A stretch of 64,000 nt of DNA from an uncultured Bacteroidota bacterium. GTDB taxonomy: Bacteria > Bacteroidota > Bacteroidia > Flavobacteriales > Flavobacteriaceae. Below are positions 50,001 to 58,975 of the stretch, one piece after another (position 1 is the first letter of the stretch; each line of letters starts with the position of its first letter). The translations under genes and the position numbers were made by a program. Location: assembly GCA_902619855.1 (NCBI GenBank), contig CACNGE010000004.1:4032-68031 (forward strand), read 5' to 3'. The notes beneath the pieces are model-generated. The model had not been told where the DNA came from and made no database searches. It saw only the letters and a program-made list of their open reading frames with translations.

Positions 50001-50593
50001 CACTTGAATCTATCGACACTTACGACATTAGTATTACCAACGCGATTAAATCGCATTATAAAGATATTATTCACAACATTGGCGAAAACCAAAATCGAGA
50101 GGGCTTACTCGATACCCCAAAACGTGCAGCCAAAGCGATACAGTTCCTGACCCAGGGATATGATATGGATCCTGCCGAAATCCTTCGTGGAGCTATGTTT
50201 GCCGAGTCCTACAATGAAATGGTACTGGTCAAAGACATTGAACTCTACAGTTTGTGTGAGCATCATATGTTACCCTTTTTCGGAAAAGCGCATGTCGCTT
50301 ATATACCCAATGGGCATATTGTCGGGTTGAGTAAAATTCCTCGTGTGGTAGATGTGTTTTCACGACGACTTCAGGTGCAAGAACGGCTAACAGAACAAAT
50401 TCTCGATTGTATCAATACCACCCTAGATCCAAAAGGCGTTGCGGTTGTAATCGAAGCCTCGCATATGTGCATGATGATGCGTGGTGTACAAAAACAAAAC
50501 TCCTTAACCACAACTTCTGGCTTTCGTGGTACGTTTGAGAAAATGGAAACACGAAATGAGTTTTTAAAGCTTATTGACTCAAAGCTATCCTAG
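49997..50593 (+). CDS. folE: GTP cyclohydrolase I, type 1 (FolE)
   Basis: 198 aa with [10 protein letters not shown] (Zn ligands Cys/His) and [13 protein letters not shown] overlap with msrA. Confidence 0.92.
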   Translation: MTLESIDTYDISITNAIKSHYKDIIHNIGENQNREGLLDTPKRAAKAIQFLTQGYDMDPAEILRGAMFAESYNEMVLVKDIELYSLCEHHMLPFFGKAHVAYIPNGHIVGLSKIPRVVDVFSRRLQVQERLTEQILDCINTTLDPKGVAVVIEASHMCMMMRGVQKQNSLTTTSGFRGTFEKMETRNEFLKLIDSKLS

Positions 50594-50595
50594 GT

Positions 50596-53019
50596 TTAAT
50601 ACTTTATTTTAATTTGTAATAATATATTTCTGCCAATTTCATCTGAGTAAAATCTAAGTCTATTCAAATAATTTCTGTAAGATTTGTTCATCAAATTATC
50701 AATTGATAGTCCCAAGTAAAAATTGCTTGATACAAAATTATATGGGCCCCAGTTAAAATTTAGATTTAAAATATTGTATCCATCGGGTGGGGTACTTATG
50801 TCAACAATTTTTTCAACTTTTTCTCCGTTTTCTATTACTGATGTTATAGAGTTATTATTAGGAAACAAATTTTGTTTATTTACAAACTTACTTCCAATTA
50901 TTGCATTAAATTTTTTGAATTTGTCTGATGAAAATTGTATTTCATTATTAACTACCAACGGAGGTATATTTACTAGATGTTTTTTTGAATTATAATCTTT
51001 AGCTTCAACCCAGCTAGTACTATTTTTGAATTTGATATAGTCATTAATTTGGTAAACAAAATCTAAATCTATCCCTTTGAAAATTGAGTTTATAGGGGAG
51101 TACTCCCAAACTGGAAATGCTCCTCTAATTGTTTGTTCAAATCCAGCTGGTTGTGCTAAAATGTAATCTTTGCTGTATGATAAATATGGATTAATTCTAT
51201 AATTCAATTTTACATTCTTTTTTTCAAAATCAAGTAAGACTTTATGAGTTCTTTCCTTTTTCAAAAATGGATCTCCATACTCGATAGAAGCTAATGAATG
51301 ATGAAGACCTCCACTAAACATCTCAGCAATATTTGGTGCCCTTTCAGTATAATTATGATGAATGCTCAATGAATATTTATCTCTAAATTTTTTGACTAAT
51401 CCAACATTTGAGGAAAAAGCGTTAAAAACTACTTTTTTTCTAATTAATTTTTGACTTAAAACTTCTTTTATCACATATTCTCCCAGTAAGTCTTCGTAAT
51501 TTTCATTTTCCCATCTTGAATTCCTGTAAAACTTGTAAACATCATTACTACTATATTGGTATCTTAATCCAAAGCTAAAATTCAGTCCCTTTCTCAGGTT
51601 AGAATTATAAACAAAATAACCTCCTAGTTTTGTGTTCAAGTAGTCTGGAATTAACCTTTTCACCCCAGTTCCTGGAGTTGAATAATTATCTTGAACTTCA
51701 AAAAATATTCCGTTAACAAATTCACCAGAAAAATTTGACCAGGTATAGTTTGAATTTACATTGTGAGTAGATAAATTTAAATCTAAAGCTGGAATATTTT
51801 TAAAATCTCCAATCCTCAAATCGTACTCCTTTCTGTTGTTAAATTGAAAACTATATTTAAAACTTAGTTCTTTATCAATATTAAAAAAATGATTGTAATC
51901 TAGACTCGCAGTGTAATGTGTATTGTCTTGATTGGGATAATTAATATCATAACTGAAATCATTAATAACACCCGGTGAATCTGATTCAATTACTCTTAAC
52001 AAGTCTTTTATATTTCCAATATGTGAACTTTTTAATATTCCAATTTCTGTATTGAAATAACTTAAAAATAATTTTATATTTCCTTTAGTAAAGTTTTTTC
52101 CACCAGTAATTGAAATATTTTTTTCATTACTTGCCGTATTTGATAATAAATAATTTGGAGAGCTTAAATCACCACTTTTTTTAATAGTAATTTGTGACTT
52201 AATATATTTTCCATTTTGACTCGAATTTGTTATTGAACTTATTATACTTCCTCCACGACCGTTACTCAAGGTATTTATAATTGTTTTCCCGTAAAGAGTA
52301 TCAATTGTTTTTGGTGCTTTAGAATCAATAATTATAATTCCACCAGGGGTACTACCTGAGTACTTAAGTACACTAGCCCCTTTAATAACTCGAATTCTAT
52401 CAAAAGCATTTAAATCTATGTTTGGCGCATGATCTTGACCCCACTGTTGGTTTTCTAGCATAACCCCATCATAAATTATTCCTACTCTGCTACCAAACAT
52501 TCCATGTATTACTGGTTTTGAAACTTTGTTTCCAGTTGAGAGGGTATTAACTCCACTAATTTTCTCTAGCACTACTGCTAATCCGCTGTCACTATAGCGT
52601 TCTTTTTCAAGCTCTGAAAGTGAAAAAGGTTGGGAACTAGTTGACAGATCATTTAATTTATTGTCAACTAAAATTATCTCACTTAGTTCTTCAACTTTAT
52701 GATCTAAATAAAAATTTTCAAACAAAGATTTTTTTAAATCTATTTCTGTAAAAAAATCAGGACAATTTATGTGTGAAATTTTAATTTTAATTAAACTATT
52801 GGGGCATAGCCCCTCAAGTTTAAAATATCCGCTTGCAGTTGATGTCACAATCTTGCTAGAACCAATAACTTCAACTACAGCTGATTCTAAGGGAATATTT
52901 TGCTCTAAGCTTATGATATTACCTTCGAATGAAGTATTGCAGACTTGACCATAATTAGAGCCCACAGACATTAAAAGTAGAAATGCTGTGGGCACTAAAA
53001 TATTTAAATTGTAACTCAA
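50596..53019 (-). CDS. TonB-dependent receptor (CarboxypepD_reg N-domain) encoded in a low-GC island
   Basis: 807 aa with a signal peptide, then the fold G.I.........PLESAVVEVIGS...TSTASGYFKLEGL. The plug contains VIKGASVLKYSGSTPGG, and the barrel ends in IKIKY. Confidence 0.8.
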   Translation of the reverse strand: MSYNLNILVPTAFLLLMSVGSNYGQVCNTSFEGNIISLEQNIPLESAVVEVIGSSKIVTSTASGYFKLEGLCPNSLIKIKISHINCPDFFTEIDLKKSLFENFYLDHKVEELSEIILVDNKLNDLSTSSQPFSLSELEKERYSDSGLAVVLEKISGVNTLSTGNKVSKPVIHGMFGSRVGIIYDGVMLENQQWGQDHAPNIDLNAFDRIRVIKGASVLKYSGSTPGGIIIIDSKAPKTIDTLYGKTIINTLSNGRGGSIISSITNSSQNGKYIKSQITIKKSGDLSSPNYLLSNTASNEKNISITGGKNFTKGNIKLFLSYFNTEIGILKSSHIGNIKDLLRVIESDSPGVINDFSYDINYPNQDNTHYTASLDYNHFFNIDKELSFKYSFQFNNRKEYDLRIGDFKNIPALDLNLSTHNVNSNYTWSNFSGEFVNGIFFEVQDNYSTPGTGVKRLIPDYLNTKLGGYFVYNSNLRKGLNFSFGLRYQYSSNDVYKFYRNSRWENENYEDLLGEYVIKEVLSQKLIRKKVVFNAFSSNVGLVKKFRDKYSLSIHHNYTERAPNIAEMFSGGLHHSLASIEYGDPFLKKERTHKVLLDFEKKNVKLNYRINPYLSYSKDYILAQPAGFEQTIRGAFPVWEYSPINSIFKGIDLDFVYQINDYIKFKNSTSWVEAKDYNSKKHLVNIPPLVVNNEIQFSSDKFKKFNAIIGSKFVNKQNLFPNNNSITSVIENGEKVEKIVDISTPPDGYNILNLNFNWGPYNFVSSNFYLGLSIDNLMNKSYRNYLNRLRFYSDEIGRNILLQIKIKY

Positions 53020-53037
53020 ATGTTGATTTTCAAAATT

Positions 53038-53640
53038 TTACTCAACGTGAGCTTCAAATTCAATTTCTACATCTGTAGCACCTCCAAAATCATCACGTGT
53101 GTTTCCGGTTTTTGAAGTTGGTTGATGTAGAAGATATGCTTCTACTTCAACTTCAGTTGCAGTAGTGGTTGTCCACTTGGTAACAAGATTGAGAGGATTT
53201 GAGTTTGAATCAAAAGTATCTCCGGATGTTGAATCATATGAAATTCCATTTCCTACAAGTTCATAGAAAACATGGTGATCGTCCGCTTCTTCTATAACCT
53301 CCTCAGTCATATCGATAATATTATTTGGATCTGATTCATTTAAAAATGAAATTTCAAATTTATATTCTGAATTACTTTTTAGTTCAATTACAGTATGATC
53401 TCCATGATCATCATCATCTTGAGTTTGACGTAAAACGCTATGATCGTGATCATGGTCATGTTCTTCAACTTCAAAATTGTAGGTTTCCGAGCTATCATCC
53501 GAGAGATCAGTTACGACAATTACAGTTTTGGTGAAAACTTCCATTTCATTTTCTGCCTCTGGCGTATCATCCTTATCACAAGAAATGAATAATAAAATTG
53601 TTGAAAGCAATGTTGCTTTAAAATAAATATTTTTTGGCAT
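53038..53640 (-). CDS. His/Asp-rich lipoprotein, hypothetical (candidate metal-binding surface/periplasmic partner of the receptor)
   Basis: 200 aa with lipobox LLFISC. Contains EEHDHDHDHS and DDDDHGDH (codons at 53395-53460, hand-checked) and EEADDHHVF. No family recognised. Confidence 0.6.
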   Translation of the reverse strand: MPKNIYFKATLLSTILLFISCDKDDTPEAENEMEVFTKTVIVVTDLSDDSSETYNFEVEEHDHDHDHSVLRQTQDDDDHGDHTVIELKSNSEYKFEISFLNESDPNNIIDMTEEVIEEADDHHVFYELVGNGISYDSTSGDTFDSNSNPLNLVTKWTTTTATEVEVEAYLLHQPTSKTGNTRDDFGGATDVEIEFEAHVE

Positions 53641-53710
53641 TTTAAATTTTTTAAATTTTATGTAGGTTTTAGGATTTTAAGTCTAGGGCAAAAAGATGTG
53701 GTAAAAAATA

Positions 53711-54004
53711 TTAATTCAAAGGAGGTCCCCTGTTGTAGGAATTAAGCAGATATTTATTTTTGTTTAAAACTTCAATTTCAAATATTTCTGAATTGAATAA
53801 AAAAACTAAAGATTTATAATTTTTAACAGAAAAACTGTAAGTTTTTATTACTATGAAATTATCTAAACAACAATTTTCTTTGTACTCGTGAAAGTGTACA
53901 GAGGACTTATCGCACTTCTGATGCTCATGATGTGATAGCTCATGTGCATAGACTGCTAATGATGGCAGAAATATACTGAGTGATAAAATCAACCTTAGAA
54001 TCAT
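53711..54004 (-). CDS. Small secreted His/Cys-containing protein, hypothetical
   Basis: ATG at 54004 (the ORF-track TTG is at 54007). Signal peptide MILRLILSLSIFLPSLAVYA, then HELSHHEHQKCDKSSVHFHEYKENCC, with a C-terminal NRGPPLN. Confidence 0.5.
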   Translation of the reverse strand: MILRLILSLSIFLPSLAVYAHELSHHEHQKCDKSSVHFHEYKENCCLDNFIVIKTYSFSVKNYKSLVFLFNSEIFEIEVLNKNKYLLNSYNRGPPLN

Positions 54005-54011
54005 CAAAAGA

Positions 54012-54326
54012 TTATTTTTTTTTGTCTAGCTTGTGTATTGGTATCCCCATACGAGACAACATTTTCTTTTCAAATTTCCAAAAAAATTGGAACTCTCCAA
54101 ATAAAAACCCACAAATAACCAAAATGACCTGATAAATTGGAAAAATTAAAAGGATGCGTATAGGCCAATAAATCCAAAGATTAGTGTCTTCGGGAGTGAG
54201 TCCAAACCAATGGGTCAGGGGCTCTGCAAGAAAGGCTGATAGACTTCCTGTGATACCAAAAACAACAAAAATGATAATCAAATGGAAGTTGGAACGAATC
54301 CCCCAACGCTGTTTTAATTTTTTCAT
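54012..54326 (-). CDS. Small integral membrane protein, hypothetical
   Basis: 104 aa with two or three TM helices and basic termini. It lies 4 nt downstream of serA. Confidence 0.5.
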   Translation of the reverse strand: MKKLKQRWGIRSNFHLIIIFVVFGITGSLSAFLAEPLTHWFGLTPEDTNLWIYWPIRILLIFPIYQVILVICGFLFGEFQFFWKFEKKMLSRMGIPIHKLDKKK

Positions 54327-54330
54327 GAGG

Positions 54331-55284
54331 TTACCCTAATATCGCATGAATCTGCTGTGCGAGTTCTGTACCAATTCGATCTTGTGCCTCTTTTGTCGCT
54401 GCTCCAATGTGCGGCGTCAGCGATACTTTGTGATGCATCAGTACTTTCATTGCAGGTTTTGGTTCGTTGACAAAAGTGTCCAAACCAGCAAAACTCAATT
54501 GGCCATTGTCAAGCGCATCCAAAAGTGCTTCTTCATCGATCACACCACCTCGAGCAGCATTAATCAGTCCAGCGCCTTTTTTCATCATTGCGAATTCCTT
54601 TTTGCCAATCACTGGTTTATCCTGGGCAGGAACGTGTAGGCTGATGAAGTCAGCATCTTTTATAACGGTTTCAAAACTAGCCATCGGTATGCTATAATCG
54701 ACTGTTACATCGTTACCCAAGTCTACTTTTAACGCTGCTTTTTCCATAAATGGGTCATGAGCAATCACATTCATACCAACGCCAAGTGCAATTTTTGAAG
54801 TTTCCTGTCCAATACGCCCAAAACCAATGATTCCCATGGTTTTTCCTCGCAATTCAGAGCCACCAGCATAGTTTTTCTTTAGGACTTTAAACTTGGTATC
54901 TCCCTCCAAAGGCATCTGACGATTGGCATCAAACAAGTATCGTACACCACCATAGAGATGCGCAAACACCAATTCAGCAACGGATGATGATGAGGCTGCA
55001 GGGGTGTTGATCACATGCAATCCCTTGTCACGTGCATAGTCAACATCGATGTTGTCCATACCAACACCACCCCGCCCGATGATTTTTAAACTCGAGCATG
55101 CATCGATAAGGTCTTTGCGAACAGTCGTTGCGCTGCGAACCAACAACACATCTATCTGATTCTCATTGATGTGATTGATCAGTTGCTCTTGCGCCACATT
55201 TGTTGTGCTTACTTCATAACCATTTGATTCTAAAGCTTCTACACCTGAAGGTGAAATGCCATCGTTGGCTAATATTTTTGCCAT
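54331..55284 (-). CDS. serA: D-3-phosphoglycerate dehydrogenase (short form, D-2-hydroxyacid dehydrogenase family)
   Basis: 317 aa with the GIIGFGRIGQ NAD-binding motif and HIGA. It lies directly downstream of serC. Confidence 0.8.
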   Translation of the reverse strand: MAKILANDGISPSGVEALESNGYEVSTTNVAQEQLINHINENQIDVLLVRSATTVRKDLIDACSSLKIIGRGGVGMDNIDVDYARDKGLHVINTPAASSSSVAELVFAHLYGGVRYLFDANRQMPLEGDTKFKVLKKNYAGGSELRGKTMGIIGFGRIGQETSKIALGVGMNVIAHDPFMEKAALKVDLGNDVTVDYSIPMASFETVIKDADFISLHVPAQDKPVIGKKEFAMMKKGAGLINAARGGVIDEEALLDALDNGQLSFAGLDTFVNEPKPAMKVLMHHKVSLTPHIGAATKEAQDRIGTELAQQIHAILG

Positions 55285-55294
55285 TGTTTTTTAT

Positions 55295-56359
55295 TTATGC
55301 TGTTCGTTCTAATTCTTTCATTACATCAATCAAGGTCTGTACAGAGGCAATTGGCAGGGCGTTGTACATCGACGCACGATAACCTCCAACAGATCGATGG
55401 CCATTGATGCCATTGATCAGCGCATCTGCACACATACTGTCAAAACGTTCTTTTAGTTCTGCCTTTTCGAGAGTAAAGGTTGCATTCATCGTGCTGCGAT
55501 CTTCCTGCGCTGCAAAGCCTTTGAATAGTGGATTTCGATCGATTTCACCATACATCAAGTTTGCTTTGGCATTATTTTTAACCTCAATCGCTTTGATTCC
55601 TCCAAGATTTTTTAACCACTCCAAGGTCAGCATCGAAGTGTATACTGCAAACACAGGCGGGGTGTTGAACATACTCCCTTTGGAACTGTGAATTGCATAG
55701 TCAAGTATCGAGGGAATGCTGTGTGTGACTTTTCCCAAAACATCTTCTCTCACAATAACAAGTGTTGTCCCAGCTGGACCCATATTTTTTTGTGCGCCAG
55801 CATAGAGTATGCCAAATTTTGAGAAGTCAAGCTCTCTTGAAAAAATATCAGAACTTGAATCACTGACCAAAACAGTGTCGGTGTCAGGAATATTTTTTAT
55901 TTGTGTTCCAAAAATGGTATTGTTGGTGGTGATGTGAAGATAGTCTGCATCTGTTGGAACACTATATTCTTTGGGGATATAGTTAAAATTCGCATCAGCA
56001 GATGAGGCAACTTCAATAACCTCTCCCAAAATCTTTGCTTCTTTGATAGCTTTGGTTGACCATGTACCAGTGTTGAGATAGGCACCTTTGTTTTCCAATA
56101 AGTTATAGGCAGTTGCGATAAACTGAGAGCTCGCACCACCCTGTAAAAAGAGTGCTTTGTACCCTTTACCACTGAGTCCTAGCAGTTCCAATGCCAAGGC
56201 GCAGGCATTTTCCATGATGTCGATAAAGGCAGCACTGCGATGAGAGATTTCGATTAAAGACAATCCAGAACCATCGAGTTCTTCGACTGCTCGGGCAGCT
56301 TGCTGCATCACTTCATCAGGTAAGATGCATGGCCCTGCACTAAAGTTATGTTTTTTCAT
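55295..56359 (-). CDS. serC: 3-phosphoserine/phosphohydroxythreonine aminotransferase
   Basis: 354 aa with N-terminus HNFSAGPCILP and GAQKNMGPAG (PLP lysine). Confidence 0.9.
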   Translation of the reverse strand: MKKHNFSAGPCILPDEVMQQAARAVEELDGSGLSLIEISHRSAAFIDIMENACALALELLGLSGKGYKALFLQGGASSQFIATAYNLLENKGAYLNTGTWSTKAIKEAKILGEVIEVASSADANFNYIPKEYSVPTDADYLHITTNNTIFGTQIKNIPDTDTVLVSDSSSDIFSRELDFSKFGILYAGAQKNMGPAGTTLVIVREDVLGKVTHSIPSILDYAIHSSKGSMFNTPPVFAVYTSMLTLEWLKNLGGIKAIEVKNNAKANLMYGEIDRNPLFKGFAAQEDRSTMNATFTLEKAELKERFDSMCADALINGINGHRSVGGYRASMYNALPIASVQTLIDVMKELERTA

Positions 56360-56425
56360 AGCTCAAATTCTGTGCAAAGAAACAAAATCAGTTGAGCTTC
56401 TTTTAATGATATGGTTAATTTTTTT

Positions 56426-57484
56426 TCAACTTTTTAACAACACTTCCATTGTATCGATATTATCTGCATAATCGTTGAGTTGTGGACACTGCGCTTTGCC
56501 AGGCAAAACAGTGTTGTTTCCTGAAATGGAAACAACGCACTGGATGTCCTCACGATTTGTTGAAATCAGCTGGTCAACCTCCGATCGTTCCTTATAATAA
56601 CTGTAGTATAAGCAAGCAATTGGAGATGAAATTCGCTCATCCTCTTTTAAGATGACAAAGCCATTATCGAGGATCGCCTCTTGATTCATCAAAAAAATAG
56701 CCTTGTTGTAATCATAGTTGTTGGCATATCCATTGTGGTGAATCATGTCTTTATGCCAAAATAAAGCACCAAATAAGATGTCAAAATCATAGTTCTCAGG
56801 TATCCATAGTTTGGAAACACTTCGACATCCCAACCCAAAATAAAGACAAATATCATCTGCAAGTCCAGCAAGTTGCTCCTCAGTTTCTTCACCTGTGAGT
56901 ACAGCCACACTGTTTCTGTTTTTACGAATGATATGGGGGATATCTTTAAAATAATATGAGAAATAACGACTACTATTGTTGCTACCTGTAGCGATCACCT
57001 TATCTACTTGCCCAAGCCGATCGTTGACAAACTGAACACGCTCATTGATCTCAGCAAAGCTTTGTTGTAAAATGCGAACAAGTGCCGGGATCAACACCTT
57101 GTCTTTGGAGGACAGTTTGACAACTGCCTTATGACCAGTCAACAGCACACAAATCAAGTCGTGCAAACCGACCAGTGGAAGATTGCCAGCGAGAACAAGC
57201 CCAACAACATCATCACTCCATTTTGCTTCTTGATAGTCCGAAATCCAATTGGTGATTACATCTCTCTGCAACAGAGCTGCCCAGTTAACGACAGCAGTAT
57301 TAATGTTGTCTTTTGTAAACCAAGGGTTTTGGACTTGCGCTGCCTGTGTTGCCTCATCCAAAATTGCATCGACCTCGGGGTTTGCAGCTTCATGGTTTGC
57401 ATACTTGTTTAGCTGTTGACCCAAGTGATCAAAAGCGTCGATGAGGGATTTAATTTTGTCTGCAGATTTGTTGGAGTTCTTCAT
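56426..57484 (-). CDS. Acyl-CoA reductase (LuxC-like) family protein
   Basis: ~352 aa from ATG 57484 (the ORF-track TTG is at 57511). The family call is from resemblance and from the conserved divergent pairing with a ferredoxin gene seen in Flavobacteriia, as I recall. Confidence 0.5.
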   Translation of the reverse strand: MKNSNKSADKIKSLIDAFDHLGQQLNKYANHEAANPEVDAILDEATQAAQVQNPWFTKDNINTAVVNWAALLQRDVITNWISDYQEAKWSDDVVGLVLAGNLPLVGLHDLICVLLTGHKAVVKLSSKDKVLIPALVRILQQSFAEINERVQFVNDRLGQVDKVIATGSNNSSRYFSYYFKDIPHIIRKNRNSVAVLTGEETEEQLAGLADDICLYFGLGCRSVSKLWIPENYDFDILFGALFWHKDMIHHNGYANNYDYNKAIFLMNQEAILDNGFVILKEDERISSPIACLYYSYYKERSEVDQLISTNREDIQCVVSISGNNTVLPGKAQCPQLNDYADNIDTMEVLLKS

Positions 57485-57517
57485 AGCACTTACTTTTGCA
57501 AAACTAAACAATTTAGG

Positions 57518-57871
57518 ATGGCCATTATCATTACCGACGAATGTATCAATTGTGGCGCTTGTGAGCCAGAATGCCCAAATACTGCCATTTATGAAGGTGC
57601 TTTTGACTGGACCTATGCCGATGGTACAAGCCTAGCAGGTGATTTGGTGCTGCCCAATGGAAAAGCAGTAAATGCAGACGAACCACAAGAGCCTGTCTCT
57701 GACGAGGTTTACTTTATTGTGCCTGACAAATGCACAGAGTGTAAAGGTTTTCATGACGAACCCCAATGTGCTGCTGTTTGCCCAGTCGATTGTTGTGTTC
57801 CTGACGATAACCACGTAGAATCTGAGGAAACTTTACTCGGAAAGCAGCGCTTTATGCACCCAGAAGAATAG
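57518..57871 (+). CDS. 4Fe-4S dicluster ferredoxin
   Basis: I chose the internal ATG at 57518 (MAIIITDECINCGACEPECP). The second cluster motif is CTECKGF....CAAVCP. Confidence 0.88.
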   Translation: MAIIITDECINCGACEPECPNTAIYEGAFDWTYADGTSLAGDLVLPNGKAVNADEPQEPVSDEVYFIVPDKCTECKGFHDEPQCAAVCPVDCCVPDDNHVESEETLLGKQRFMHPEE

Positions 57872-57874
57872 CCG

Positions 57875-58969
57875 ATGAAAGCAGGAATCGTTGGTCTTCC
57901 CAATGTGGGTAAATCCACTTTATTCAACTGTTTGTCGAATGCCAAAGCACAAAGTGCCAACTTTCCATTTTGTACAATAGAGCCCAATATTGGCATCGTC
58001 AATGTACCTGATCCTCGTTTGGAGCGTTTAGAGTCACTTGTGCAACCCGAGAAAGTTGTTCCAGCGACTGTTGAAATTGTCGATATCGCTGGGCTTGTTC
58101 GAGGTGCGAGTAAAGGCGAAGGTTTGGGGAATCAGTTTTTGAGTAATATTCGTGAAACGGATGCAATTTTGCATGTACTTCGTTGTTTTGACAACGATAA
58201 TATTGTACACGTCGATGGGTCTGTTGATCCTTTGCGCGATAAAGAAACAATTGATCTTGAGCTTCAACTAAAAGATTTGGAAACAGTCGAAAAACGATTG
58301 GAAAAAGTTGGACGTGCTGCTCGCACAGGCAATAAAGAGGCCATCAAAGAGCAAGAGGTGCTACAGCAAGTACAAGAGGGCTTGTCTGCAGCCACTTCAG
58401 TACGTGCACTATCGATCGCTGACGATGATCGTTTGGCCTATGTCATGACCATGCAATTGCTCACTGATAAGCCAGTGTTATATGTCTGTAATGTTGATGA
58501 ATCATCTGCTGTCAGTGGAAATGATTATGTCGAACAGGTTCGAAAAATTGCTGCTGCAGAACAAGCAGATGTTCTCGTGCTTGCTGTTTCAACAGAAGCC
58601 GATATCAATGAGCTAGATAATTATGAGGAACGTCAATTGTTTTTGGATGACCTAGGGCTTACAGAACCTGGTGCTGCCAAGCTTATTAGAGCTGCTTATG
58701 CGATACTCAATCTACACACTTATTTCACTGCTGGACCTAAAGAGGTCAGAGCATGGACAGTTCTTCAAGGTGCAACAGCACCCCAAGCAGCAGGTGTGAT
58801 TCACACCGATTTTGAAAAGGGCTTTATAAGGGCTGAAGTCATTTCTTATACTGATTATGACAACTACGAATCTGAGGTCAAGGTTAAAGAAGCAGGGAAA
58901 ATGAGAGTGGAAGGGAAGGACTATATTGTGCAAGATGGCGATGTCATGCACTTTCGATTTAATATTTGA
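57875..58969 (+). CDS. ychF: Redox-regulated ribosome-binding ATPase YchF
   Basis: 364 aa with GIVGLPNVGKSTLFN, DIAGLV.GAS.GEGLGN and a TGS-like C-terminus (HTDFEKGFIRAEV). Confidence 0.93.
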   Translation: MKAGIVGLPNVGKSTLFNCLSNAKAQSANFPFCTIEPNIGIVNVPDPRLERLESLVQPEKVVPATVEIVDIAGLVRGASKGEGLGNQFLSNIRETDAILHVLRCFDNDNIVHVDGSVDPLRDKETIDLELQLKDLETVEKRLEKVGRAARTGNKEAIKEQEVLQQVQEGLSAATSVRALSIADDDRLAYVMTMQLLTDKPVLYVCNVDESSAVSGNDYVEQVRKIAAAEQADVLVLAVSTEADINELDNYEERQLFLDDLGLTEPGAAKLIRAAYAILNLHTYFTAGPKEVRAWTVLQGATAPQAAGVIHTDFEKGFIRAEVISYTDYDNYESEVKVKEAGKMRVEGKDYIVQDGDVMHFRFNI

Positions 58970-58975
58970 TTGTTG

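Noticed and set aside
50594-54010. I looked for mobile-element hallmarks around the low-GC cassette: integrase, transposase, a flanking tRNA, or direct or inverted repeats.
   Set aside because: None was visible by eye. The cassette is therefore reported as a compositional island, not as a mobile element.
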